Below, piece by piece: positions 51,001-62,300 of a DNA stretch of 64,000 nt. The first letter of the stretch is position 1. Each line of letters opens with the position of its first letter. Location of the stretch: NCBI GenBank assembly GCA_002269645.1, contig NIVC01002977.1, forward strand, positions 62,001 to 126,000, written 5' to 3'. The position numbers were made by a program, and so were the translations under genes. The DNA is from Macrostomum lignano (Eukaryota). Below the pieces are notes generated by a model that saw nothing but the letters and a program-made list of their open reading frames with translations, was not told the origin of the DNA and searched no databases.

Positions 51001-51510
51001 GAGGGGGTGAACTAAGGGGGTGTGAACTTAGGGAGAGAGTGAACTAAGGGGGTGTGAATTTAGGGAGAGGGTGAACTAAGGGGTGTGAATTTAGGGAGAG
51101 GGTGAACTAAGGGGTGTGAACTTAGGGAGAGAGTGAACTAAGGGGTGTGAACTTATGGAGAGGGTGAACTAAGGGGGTGTTAAGCTGTAGAGAGGGTGAA
51201 CTAAGGGGTGTGAACTTATGGAGAGGGTGAACTAAAGGGGGTGTGAACTTATGGAGAGGGTGAACTAAGGGGTGTGAACTTATGGAGAGGGTGAACTAAG
51301 GGGGTGTGAATTTAGGGAGAGGGTGAACTAAAGGGGGTGTGAACTTATGGAGAGGGTGAACTAAGGGGTGTGAACTTATAGAGAGGGTGAACTAAGGGGT
51401 GTGAACTTAGGGAGAGGGTGAATTAAGGGGTGTGAACTTATGGAGAGGGTGAACTAAGGGGGTGTTAACCTGTGGAGAGGGTGAACTAAGGGCCGGTGTG
51501 AACTTTTCGA
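51001..51510. repeat. ~31-bp minisatellite in RNase T2 intron 2
   Basis: About 16 copies of GGAGAGGGTGAACTAAGGGGTGTGAACTTA(T/G). Confidence 0.9.
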
Positions 51511-51684
51511 GACAGTGAACTCGGGGTGACAGAATTATTCTTTGTAATTTAAAATGTAAACTATAGCGTGCACCTGCCTGCAAAATTTAGGAAGCTCACA
51601 CGACGTACTTTCTATATGAGGTCATGACCTGATGAACTCAATGGAATCACGCACACATTCGTAGTTCCTCGTGTTAACCCGCAG

Positions 51685-51734
51685 TGCAAGCACAAGGAGC
51701 TGCTACAGAAAAGGTTCAACATTCATGGACTTTG
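51685..51734 (+). CDS. RNASET2: RNase T2, exon 3 (CAS I active-site motif)
   Basis: Acceptor CCCGCAG|, then CKHKELLQKRFNIHGL(W), then donor TG|GTGAGT. IHGLW is the first catalytic motif of T2 RNases. Confidence 0.8.
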
Positions 51735-51822
51735 GTGAGTTCGACTGCGATTTGTTTTTATCAGCGGCCTAAGCGGCCTACTTAAAGTAGAGTGGTTAAT
51801 TTCGGAACACCGCTTTTTTCAG

Positions 51823-51898
51823 GGCCGAGTCCAAAGATTCTCCGTCCAAGCCGCCCATGTTCTGCAACTCCACTGCGTTCAACGAATCCGAGCTGGGG
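51823..51898 (+). CDS. RNASET2: RNase T2, exon 4
   Basis: After an 88-nt intron, the acceptor TTTTTTCAG| completes TGG. Reads (W)AESKDSPSKPPMFCNSTAFNESELG, matching the T2 P..C....F motif. Phase-0 donor GGG|GTGAGT at 51899. The CAS II exon is not found in the window. Confidence 0.75.
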
Positions 51899-54361
51899 GT
51901 GAGTTGCCTTGTGGCTTTGAGCTGGGGTGAGTTGCCTTGTGGCTTTGAGCTGGGGTGAGTTGCCTTGTGGCTTTGAGCTGGGGTGAGTTGCCTTGTGGCT
52001 TTGAGCTGGGGTGAGTTGCCTTGTGGCTTTGAGCTGGGGTGAGTTGCCTTGTGGCTTTGAGCTGGGGTGAGTTGCCTTGTGGCTTTGAGCTGGGGTGAGT
52101 TGCCTTGTGGCTTTGAGCTGGGGTGAGTTGCCTTGTGGCTTTGAGCTGGGGTGAGTTGCCTTGTGGCTTTGAGCTGGGGTGAGTTGCCTTGTGGCTTTGA
52201 GCTGGGGTGAGTTGCCTTGTGGCTTTGAGCTGGGGTGAGTTGCCTTGTGGCTTTGAGCTGGGGTGAGTTGCCTTGTGGCTTTGAGCTGGGGTGAGTTGCC
52301 TTGTGGCTTTGAGCTGGGGTGAGTTGCCTTGTGGCTCCGAGCTGGGGTGAGTTGCCTTGTGGCTTTGAGCTGGGGTGAGTTTCCTTGTGGCTTTGAGCTG
52401 GGGTGAGTTGCCTTGTGGCTTTGAGCTGGGGTGAGTTGCCTTGTGGCTTTGAGCTGGGGTGAGTTGCCTTGTGGCTCCGAGCTGGGGTGAGTTGCCTTGT
52501 GGCTTTGAGCTGGGGTGAGTTGCCTTGTGGCTCCGAGCTGGGGTGAGTTGCCTTGTGGCTTTGAGCTGGGGTGAGTTTCCTTGTGGCTTTGAGCTGGGGT
52601 GAGTTGCCTTGTGGCTTTGAGCTGGGGTGAGTTGCCTTGTGGCTTTGAGCTGGGGTGAGTTGCCTTGTGGCTCCGAGCTGGGGTGAGTTGCCTTGTGGCT
52701 TTGAGCTGCCCGTTGGAAAAGTTATGCACCTGCAGAGGCACAAAAGGTGAGCGAGGTGCACAAAAGAGGCACTTTGGTGGCCTATTTCGTGTGTGTTTTG
52801 GAAATGCACCTGAGTGCACCTTTTATGCCTAAATGTCACCAATATTTTTGAAAAGAGGCATGAAAGGTGTAAAATCGGTGAAGTGGTCAGGCAGTAGGTG
52901 AATTCTCAATTTTGATTGGCTGCGGCGGTAGGGGCAGTAAAGGTGCTGAAGGGGCGCAGAAAGTGCACAAAAGGTGAATTAGAGGTGCATAAGGTGTACA
53001 TGTTGCAGCGTAAATATGTATACAGGTGCATTTCCAAAACACGCTCGAAATAGACCCCAAAGTGCCTCTTCTGTGCACCTCGCTCACCTTTCATGCCTAT
53101 GCACGAATTAACGCATTAATAATCAGTAACAAAAAATTAACTGAGAGTTACATACTCGTAAATTGCACGCACAGATCGAACATAGAAAAGCTTTATTTAC
53201 ACCTATACTAATTGCTGCTATCCCCTTCCTGATCCTGACTAACCACAAAAGTAAGCATTTCCTGTACTGATAAGTTTTAATAACTTTCAAATACTCAGGA
53301 AAAGTTCCGAAAAGTGATGAAAAGCTTTGAATCTGTTTAAAGAATAATAAGGAAAAGTAGCAAAGAACTTTCGCAAGTTGGAACGCCCCTTGCATTGCCT
53401 CTACACCTAAAGTGCCCACTGTGCACCGTTTGTTCACCTTTTGTGCCTCCAATGCACACTGTACACTTTTTATGCACCTCCACCACAGCGCACCTTTTTC
53501 ACCTTTCACTCCACCAATGCCCCCAATTCCTACTTTGTTCACCTTTTGTGCCTCCAATGCACACTGTGCACCTTTAATACACCAAACTCCCCTATGACAC
53601 CTGTGCCCCTACCACCTATTTCGTGCCTTATATTCACCATTTGACCCTGCAGAGGCACTCAGGTGAACACGCGGTGCACAAGTGGCACAAAATAGGCATA
53701 AGAGAGGCGAAAGTGAGGCAGACGGTGTAAAACTCTTCACCTTTCATGCCTACTTTAAAAACTCAAAATTCAACGGGCTGGGGTGAGTTTCCTTGTGGCT
53801 TTGAGCTGGGGTGAGTTGCCTTGTGGCTTTGAGCTGGGGTGAGTTGCCTTGTGGCTTTGAGCTGGGGTGAGTTGCCTTGTGGCTTTGAGCTGGGGTGAGT
53901 TGCCTTGTGGCTTTGAGCTGGGGTGAGTTTCCTTGTGGCTTTGAGCTGGGGTGAGTTGCCTTGTGGCTTTGAGCTGGGGTGAGTTTCCTTGTGGCTTTGA
54001 GCTGGGGTGAGTTGCCTTGTGGCTTTGAGCTGGGGTGAGTTGCCTTGTGGCTTTGAGCTGGGGTGAGTTGCCTTGTGGCTTTGAGCTGGGGTGAGTTGCC
54101 TTGTGGCTTTGAGCTGGGGTGAGTTGCCTTGTGGCTTTGAGCTGGGGTGAGTTGCCTTGTGGCTTTGAGCTGGGGTGAGTTGCCTTGTGGCTTTGAGCTG
54201 GGGTGAGTTTCCTTGTGGCTTTGAGCTGGGGTGAGTTGCCTTGTGGCTTTGAGCTGGGGTGAGTTGCCTTGTGGCTTTGAGCTGGGGTGAGTTGCCTTGT
54301 GGCTTTGAGCTGGGGTGAGTTGCCTTGTGGCTTTGAGCTGGGGTGAGTTGCCTTGTGGCTT
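51890..54361. repeat. 28-bp satellite derived from the RNase T2 exon 4/intron 4 junction (two blocks: 51890-52708 and 53778-54361)
   Basis: Unit GAGCTGGGGTGAGTTGCCTTGTGGCTTT, about 29 + 21 copies. The first unit overlaps the exon end. Confidence 0.95.
52709..53777. mobile_element. Non-autonomous DNA element with CCC...GGG termini inserted in the satellite
   Basis: Termini CCCGTTG/CAACGGG. The satellite's CTG is duplicated on both sides (52706-08, 53778-80), a 3-bp TSD. Many internal GGTGCA/TGCACC motifs. Superfamily (CMC/EnSpm-like or Harbinger) uncertain. Confidence 0.75.
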
Positions 54362-54828
54362 AGTAGAAGGCATGAGGGGGCTTTTGGGACAAAATTTTTC
54401 ACGTCCTCCATAATCCCATTAAATCCATCTATATTATCCCTGACAGAATCAGAAAAAAAGGGGGGTCGCACTCGCTAACAAAACGTCCTCCATAATCCCA
54501 TTAAATCCATCCATATTATCCCCGACAGAATCAGAAAAAAGGGGGTCGCACTCGCTCACAAAACATCCTCCATAATCCCATTAAATCCATCCATATTATC
54601 CCTGACAGAATCAGAGCATAACAGGTGTCCTACTGTTATGCTCTGAGGGTTTATGCTCTGAGCATAACAGCTCCAAATCCACCCATAGCATCTTCGAAAC
54701 AATCAGAAAATAATCTGCATTCTTCTCCCCACATTCAATCCGCAACGTGCTACCAGATCCCTAAGACTTTAAATCCCCTAACCCAGGGTCCTTACCCTTT
54801 GAAAAAAAAATCTAAATTTTCTCTAAAA

Positions 54829-55020
54829 ATGTTTCCAGTTGTCTCCCCAGGTTCTTATTACAAAGCGCACGAGCCTAATTACAAGAGTAAGTACCAATGC
54901 AAACTAGAATGCAGCGAGTACATGAGAAAATATTGGCCCGGCGTTGATATCAATGTCCCTAATATTAATCTAGCTCTCCAAAGACACTGGTTCAGAACAC
55001 AGCTGAGAAAATTTGCTTAG
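54829..55020 (+). CDS. Small hypothetical ORF (63 aa) near the Polinton end
   Basis: AAAAATG start context like the other element genes; MFPVVSPGSYY..CKLECSEYMRKYWPGV..LQRHWFR. No recognised family. Confidence 0.3.
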   Translation: MFPVVSPGSYYKAHEPNYKSKYQCKLECSEYMRKYWPGVDINVPNINLALQRHWFRTQLRKFA

Positions 55021-55859
55021 TCATGCTAGTAAGAGTTTGGCTCTGCATGAAAGGTACAATCGTTGATGGTAATTTCACTTAAAACAAAGAAAAGAAAGAA
55101 AGCAGACCTTATTTATTAATTGTTAAATAAATACCGTACCGTAATACGGTACCGAAAATACCGTATTGTAGTTGGAGTTTATTCTATGAAGCTTTGAATT
55201 TTTATTTATCGAAATTTTGTAATAAATAGAATAACAATGTTTTACATAAACAAAAACAAGAATGATTATTAATTGGTGGTACTTCTAAAATTGTCTACAA
55301 GTTGCTCTAAATTTATATTAGAAGGAAGGTTATCTAACAAACCTACAGTATCCTCTCTACATATCCCACATTTTCTCGTGTTATTACTTGAAGTAAGAAT
55401 TTCTAGTCATATTACTTATAAGTAGGCTCTAAACAACTTGACGCCATTCTGGACTGTCTCGGAAAAACCACACATGATTTTCTCTAACGTGTTAGAAAAA
55501 ATCATGTACACACATCATTTTCTCTAACGCGTTAGAAAAAATCATGTGCGCCCAGTACGTTCAAGGCCGTCTCCCCAGCTGGCCTTGGGTACCTCGGTTT
55601 CAGAGAAATCTCTCTCCCACGCCAGTGTACGCTTTCTGTTACACTCCGCTATTCTTAACACACAACCTTGGCGACAACCTCTTCATGCCTTTCTTGCCTT
55701 GCCCCCCCCCCCTAGTGGTATCTAGTGGTAAGTGATATCTTACCACTTCTCTCTACACTCTATGAAAATATTAATACTTATGAAATCTTAACACAACAAA
55801 CAATAACCTAAAGGACTTGTCAATAAAATGCCTGAATAAATATTAGAGTGTTGTCACCG

Positions 55860-56721
55860 TCAGCACGTCTTCACTTTTTTGTCCTCGTCCTCATCTTCAT
55901 CATCTTCCTCGTTGGCCTCTGAAAAAAAGCAACGTTTTAAGAATTATCAATTTAAATTTAATAGAATTAAAACTGTGAAGCAATTACTTACCGTCTTCGT
56001 ACCAGGCTTGGATTGTCTTTTCAAATTCACCTTCCATTGTAAGGAAGGCAACACTTTCGTGCTGCATTCTCAGCAGCTGGTCAAATCTGGTGTCGGTGGC
56101 AGCCTTCTTGCGGATTGGAGCGCTATAGTTCAACACACGCCCCATTGAATAACCCGAGAAGATCAGCCCCGGGAACTCCAGGCACAGCCGGTAATACTTC
56201 ACATAATCACTCACTTTCCGAATGGTTACGTCAAACACACGAGCTAGCTCGCGTTCGTCCATACCAAACTTTGAGCTTAAATAGTTGACTCTTCTTCCGA
56301 ACTCGAATTGTAAGATCGCCTTAAGTATTGACACATTGTCAATGCCAACTATCACTTGTTTGGTGCCCTCGATAATCGATGTTCTCGACAAATCAAACAA
56401 CTTTTCTCCGACGAAATTAATCGAAGAGAATAGTGACTGTAGACTGACTCGCACGCCGCGATCTTCGATATCCTCCAATTTTTCCTTTATTTTTTCAATT
56501 ACGGTTTCCTCTTGTCTATTCTCTTCTTTCTTCTCCGATACGCTCTTCCGTTTGTCTGGCAGACCGTTTAACTTTTGCAAGCTTGCTTGAAGCCTCATCA
56601 GCTCTTCATTGGGAAAGTCTCGGAGGCGAGCTCCCAGCAGCGATCGATCTTTTTTTAATAACGATGTGGTCATCTCCACAACGTCTGAGATGCGTCTTTG
56701 TTTCTCTTTAGACAAAGCCAT
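55860..56721 (-). CDS. Polinton hypothetical protein, two exons (56721-55992 and 55918-55860)
   Basis: The 245-aa ORF ends on a perfect donor G|GTAAGT. The 73-nt AT-rich intron ends TTTTTTTCAG. Splicing adds the in-frame tail EANEEDDEDEDEDKKVKTC*. Confidence 0.65.
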
Positions 56722-56896
56722 GCTGGGATTTCAATAGTATATACAATCGAATGTGTGTGTAGTGTGTTTAGCGTTTTATTTTTGCTTTTATACAGCCGGC
56801 TAGGGTGGAAATGAAAGTTTCCAGAACGTAGTTAGCAAACAAGAACACACGGTGTACAAGCGGAGGACCAGATCGCTAAATATGAAAACGAGCTAG

Positions 56897-56930
56897 CACC
56901 CAGACGTCACCCAGACGTCACCCAGACGTT
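56897..56930. promoter_or_regulatory. Triple 11-bp repeat with CRE/ATF-like core in the element's intergenic region
   Basis: (CACCCAGACGT)x3 generating GACGTCA, located upstream of the minus-strand gene start at 56721. Confidence 0.3.
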
Positions 56931-57158
56931 AACTAGCTTCCGAGCGATCGATTCCCTCCACCCGTTTGAAGTCCCTGTACATTTCCTTGGTTGATTGGGG
57001 ATGTCAAAGCGGAAAGGAAAGCACGCGTGGAACTTGTACATTCGCAAAATCGATTAGAGGGCTGCGCTCCCTCAACAAATAGCAGTTACCCCACCCTTTT
57101 CAAAATGCACCTGTTGCGTTTGGCTAGGGCTGAGAATAATAGTTAAGCCCTTCCCGAC

Positions 57159-57545
57159 TCAAGCGCCTCTCTCTACCCCCAGCTCTTTCAGCAGTCTTCC
57201 TAGTACCTCGTTTGGAGCGCACAAAATAAACCCAGCTCCCTCTCTCCCCGTGCAACCGCCCTCTCTCCCCAAACACCCACCCTCGCCGTCGATCCCCAAC
57301 CCCAGCTTTTTCTTACCAAAAATAACCGCCTTGACTAATTTCCGAGCAATCGACTCACGAAATCCGCTTGAAGCCCCTATATTGTCTAGTCTCTTAAGCA
57401 TTTCTTTGTCCCAGCGATTCTTCTCCTCAGGAAAATCTCTATATTTAACGTCGTGCCACATGCAGACAGAGTCTAGCTCGTTCACAGGCTCATGCCCAGG
57501 ATTTGGATTATCGTTTGTATCTAACTGTATTTCAAGTGGATTCAA
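57159..57545 (-). CDS. Polinton hypothetical protein (~128 aa)
   Basis: Compact ORF between the spliced gene and the integrase. The start is TTG in the ORF track, so the true start is uncertain. No recognised domain. Confidence 0.4.
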   Translation of the reverse strand: MNPLEIQLDTNDNPNPGHEPVNELDSVCMWHDVKYRDFPEEKNRWDKEMLKRLDNIGASSGFRESIARKLVKAVIFGKKKLGLGIDGEGGCLGREGGCTGREGAGFILCAPNEVLGRLLKELGVERGA

Positions 57546-57676
57546 AGGCCCGCAATATTTGTACCGGGAAGTGTCCAGCCTTTGTTTGGATGAGGAAGCT
57601 TTTCTATCAGTCCATGTGAATCTAACTTACCACCAGAGCGTTGCATTATTTTATTTTAAATTTTCTTTTTAAAAAA

Positions 57677-58714
57677 ATGACAGATCAGAAACTTAAAAAA
57701 CTCTACTACAGCGACAAAGGATTCTTTGTAGGAAAAAATGCAGTCACCAAACTCGCAGAACTAAGTAAGGAACCAAAAGCTAAAGTAGAAAAGTGGCTCT
57801 CTAAGCAGGCTGTCTTTCAAGTCTATTTCCCACCTGTTATATTTACAAGACCTCACTTTAGCATCTATAAACCTAATGAGGCGCACCAAGCAGACTTATT
57901 GTTTCTCCCCAATGACTCGGGCTACAAGTATGCTCTCACAATTACAGACGTTGCTTCCAGATATAAGGAAGCTCGCCCACTCAAGACGAAGAAGTCAGAG
58001 GTTGTTGCCAGCGCACTCCAAGATATTTATAAAAACTCACCCCTTAGTTACCCTGAAATCTTTATGACGGACCCGGGTAAAGAATTCATGGGTGCAGTGA
58101 AATCACTTCTACATAAGCATGACACAAAAATTCGCTATGGCAGAACAAACTTGCACAGAGACCAGGCTTTTGTGGAAAGATTCAATCTAACTCTAGCCAA
58201 GAGGCTATTCACTAAGCAGACAGCTGAGGAGCTGAAACTAAAAAGTGGTCAGTACTATTCAAAATGGACAGACCGGCTCCCCACTGTTATAGAGCAACTG
58301 AACAATGAAGTCACACGTATGACTGGATTGAAACCATCCCATGCAATTAAACAAGACACTGTCAAACTTAAGGCAACTCATAGAACAGACAACAACACTA
58401 CAACCCCACACAACACACACAACACAAAACACACCTCGAACTACCCTAAGCTTCCAGGAGTTGAATCACCATACATACTGACAAACTCTGAGTTTCTACG
58501 CTTTTTATATCTACCTGGAGAGCTAGAGAAAGACACCAAAAGAAGAGCTACAGATCCATACTTCAGCCTTGATGTGCATAAAATAGACAGACATTTTACC
58601 TCCGACTCCGGTGATTATTACTTTTTATCTCAAGCCTTTAACCCTAAATCCCCCACGCGGTCATTCACTAGAGCTGAACTCCTAGTGATACCAGCTGACA
58701 CAGAAATTAATTAA
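57677..58714 (+). CDS. Polinton retroviral-like (rve) integrase, intact, 345 aa
   Basis: HQADLLFL..YALTITDVASRY, FMTDPGKEF and AFVERFNLTL form the DDE triad. ATG in AAAAAAATG context. Confidence 0.92.
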   Translation: MTDQKLKKLYYSDKGFFVGKNAVTKLAELSKEPKAKVEKWLSKQAVFQVYFPPVIFTRPHFSIYKPNEAHQADLLFLPNDSGYKYALTITDVASRYKEARPLKTKKSEVVASALQDIYKNSPLSYPEIFMTDPGKEFMGAVKSLLHKHDTKIRYGRTNLHRDQAFVERFNLTLAKRLFTKQTAEELKLKSGQYYSKWTDRLPTVIEQLNNEVTRMTGLKPSHAIKQDTVKLKATHRTDNNTTTPHNTHNTKHTSNYPKLPGVESPYILTNSEFLRFLYLPGELEKDTKRRATDPYFSLDVHKIDRHFTSDSGDYYFLSQAFNPKSPTRSFTRAELLVIPADTEIN

Positions 58715-58730
58715 AATATTAAAATAAAAA

Positions 58731-59177
58731 ATGACAAAGATTGAAACCAGAACCATCAATAAACTCAATAAAATCATTGAATCAAAGAAACCAGGTATTA
58801 TATCAATTAAAGGTGCCAAAGTAAAAATCGATCCCACGCAGCAAATACTTCAGTGTAATGAGCAAAGACACAGCATCACAGATGAAAAGTCAGGAGGAAT
58901 CCTACCATTAGCAGCTCTTATTCCGATCATTGCAGGCGCTGTAAGTGCCGCAGGTGGTGTAGCTGGAGGTGTAGCAACTGCTGTTAAAGCTGGTAATGAT
59001 AGAGCCCACCAGCTGGAATTGCAAAAGATTGCAAGAGATAAAGGTATAACAATTAAGGCAGGAGAGGGCTGCCCGGATTTTGATGATTGTGAGCATGAAA
59101 ATTCTGTAAGCAAGTCTGACATTGTCAAAGCAATCATGACACTACACAATGCTGGGTTTACAATAATGCGGATGTGA
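58731..59177 (+). CDS. Adenovirus pX/mu-like core or membrane-active protein
   Basis: SGGILPLAALIPIIAGAVSAAGGVAGGVA resembles the adenovirus pX C-terminus (GGILPLLIPLIAAAIGA), including a GG dipeptide before the hydrophobic stretch. Confidence 0.7.
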   Translation: MTKIETRTINKLNKIIESKKPGIISIKGAKVKIDPTQQILQCNEQRHSITDEKSGGILPLAALIPIIAGAVSAAGGVAGGVATAVKAGNDRAHQLELQKIARDKGITIKAGEGCPDFDDCEHENSVSKSDIVKAIMTLHNAGFTIMRM

Positions 59178-59301
59178 TGAGGTTTAAAACCCCACTTTAT
59201 CCAGCTTCATAAACCTAGCGCTACTTATAGGATGTAGAAACAGTTCAACTTTTCTATCAGGGTGGTCACCCTCAAAAATTTTGTTTATTTTAGAGAAAAA
59301 A

Positions 59302-62300
59302 ATGCCAAAAGCTAATCCAGCAAAAGATTTAGTCAACAAACATTTTGCGTCTCATTTACCCTACCCTACAACCTTACAAGGCGTCTCATTTCAAGAAAAA
59401 AGTAATTTACTAAGAGAAGCATGCAAACAAAAGTTCAACACCGACCCTGGTCACCTGGGAAGCTATGAAAAACAGTTGGAAATCATCAAACAATTAGAAT
59501 CCAACCAGTATGCGCCTATACAAAATCCTGCAAAGGAACACCAAGAGAGGAGTCGCAACTTGTTAACAAATATGAAACTCTCACTGGTGAAAAAGCAAAG
59601 TACCCACAAAATAAGCAGGAACAAGAGAAATTAGAGCAATTAATCCATTTAAAAGAGTCGGAGCTTGCCACTGAAGAGATTAATTTTGCACAGAGGAAGT
59701 TTACAGAACATTACATAGAGTACACAATCCCAATTAACGGCACCAACGGCACCACCGCAAACATCTACGACTATAAAGACAGCATCCAATCAGTTGTTGA
59801 TCACACACTCAAAACACGCAAGACCTTTAAACTACAGATATCATTCAAGATTGCATTTTATATGCCTGCAAACCCACTGAGCATCTCGAGTATTACATGA
59901 CAACAAAGGCAAAGCCATTCACCCCTACAGACACACTGGATCCTTTCCTTCAAGATGTCACTAAGAAAATTGAAGCGTTTACATCCAGAGGTTCCGGATG
60001 GGTCGTAGGAGGGATTCAAAGAGCAACTGTCATGGTCATGAAATATGACCCACTTAAAGCCTCCTCTTATATAGAGCTCCCGCATAAGCTAGCCGGTAAA
60101 AAAGCTTGCATAAATGTTAAAAATAAAGACAATTGCTGTGCTCTATGGGCAGTTCTTTCTGCACTTCTTCATGATAGTGTCCCTCACCACCCCGAAAGAA
60201 CCTCAAATTATCAAAATTATTTCAACTACTATCTCATTGAATGCGAAAAGAAGGGAATCAGGTTTGACAAAGGAGGCTTGGCATCTCTTAGATCCCAAAG
60301 CTAGAAGAAGTGTTTAATAACAAAATTAGAATCACAGTCTTTGAGTGGAGTGAGAAAACTGAAAAGTTCAACTGGTCAGATGTAGCAAAGACGTTTTAGA
60401 TCCTGAGGAAAAAAGGCGGACTGAAGTGGATCTTCTAGTGATTGGTAATTTACTAGAGGAGGCTCACTATGTTTGGATTAAAGATCTTTCAAGACTCATT
60501 CACAAGCAGTTGAATAATCATCACGAGGCTGTTGCCATCTGCCGCTTGTGCCTTAAGCATTACAGTGGACCTGAACGCTTTGAAAAGCTAACAGAGCATG
60601 AATTATCATGCGAGGATCACCCGACAAACTGCTCTCTTCCTTCAGCTGAAGAGAAGTATCTCCGGTTTAAGAACTATCACAAGATGGAGAAGCTCCCATT
60701 TGTTGTATATGCTGATTTTGAATGCTCAATCATGCCAGAAACTCAAAAACAAACTCAAACTCAAAAACATGTCCCCAATTCAGTAGCATATGCCTTTATT
60801 AATACAAAAGGACTTGTTGAGTATAATTATTTCTTTGGAGAGCAGTGTGTGGAGTAGTTTATTGCCAGAATGTTAGAGTTGCAAAGAGTAATTAGCACCC
60901 TTCAACCTGTTCCAATAAGTATGTCTGAGGAGGATGAAAGCAATTTCCTATCAGCAACTCATTGCCACATCTGCAGGAAACATTTAACTTGCACTAATAT
61001 TAAAAACCCCACCGTTAGGGACCACTGCCACTTTACTGGGAAATTTAGAGGTGCAGCGCATAACACCTGTAATCTAAAGCTAAAATCGAACATTCATGAT
61101 CTAACGATATTTTGTCACAACGCAAAGAACTATGACATGCATTTAATAGTTGAAAAAATCGGCATGATTCCAGACATACACCTTGACTGCATCGCAGAGA
61201 ACAAGGAGAAGTTTAAGTGTGTTGATATTAAACAGGATAATTCGGGTAAAGGTGAAGGTTCGGGTACAGGTAAAATAAGACTGAAGGATTCATATCAATT
61301 TCTAGCTGCCAGTCTAGACGAACTAAGCAAGAATCTAAAAGATGAACAATGTACATATACAAAGATATTTGCAAGTCAAATTAACAACAGTGATGAATCA
61401 TTTAAACTTTTAAGAAAGAAAGGCTTCTACCCCTATGAAAATATTACTGGGTATCATGTTTTTGAAGAGGGACTACCACCACAGGAGAAGTTCTTTTCAA
61501 AGCTAACAGACTCTGGAATCTCTGACAAAGACTATGAGCACGCGAAGCATGTCTATAATTACTTTAATTGTCAAAACTTCTTCCAGTATCACCTGCTTTA
61601 CCTCTACACAGATGTGTTTCTGCTGGCTGATGTGTTTGAAACCTTCAGAGACACCTGGTACACAGCATATGGCCTCGATCCAGCACATTATGTGTCTCTG
61701 CCTGCCACTAGCTGGGAATCTTTGCTTAAAATGAAATGGGATCAAGATCCAGATTGGTACATTGAACTTCTTACAGACATTGACATGTACAATTTTGTCG
61801 AATCGTCAAAGCGAGGGGGAATCTCAATTTGCGTTAACAGGTATGCAAAAGCAAACAATCCCTACATTGAATCTTACAATAAGGAGCAGCCCTCAAACTA
61901 CATTACTTACTTGGACGCTAATAATCTCTACGGGTGGGCGATGAGTCAAGATCTTCCAGTTAGAGATTTTCGATGGCTACCCTCATCAGAATTCAAATGG
62001 GACTTTTCATTGGCTGCCATTTATGAGGTTGATGTTTACATTCCACCAGAGCTTCACGACTATTTCTCTGACTTTCCACCCTTCCCAGAGAACATCAAGT
62101 GCCCGAAAATAATCGAAACTCCCAATGATAATAATGGAACTTGGCACCTGTCAGGAACAGAAAAAGAACAAACAGAGAAACTAACACAGAAACTAAACAA
62201 CAAGACACGTTACAAAATCCATTACAAACTGCTTCAGTATTTTATCTCACTTGGTTGCAGGGTCACCAAAGTTCACAGGGCTCTTACATTTACAGAGGAA

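Noticed and set aside
51782-54471. Minus-strand HKATHPSSKPQGNSPQLK repeat ORFs
   Set aside because: Antisense translation of the 28-bp satellite.
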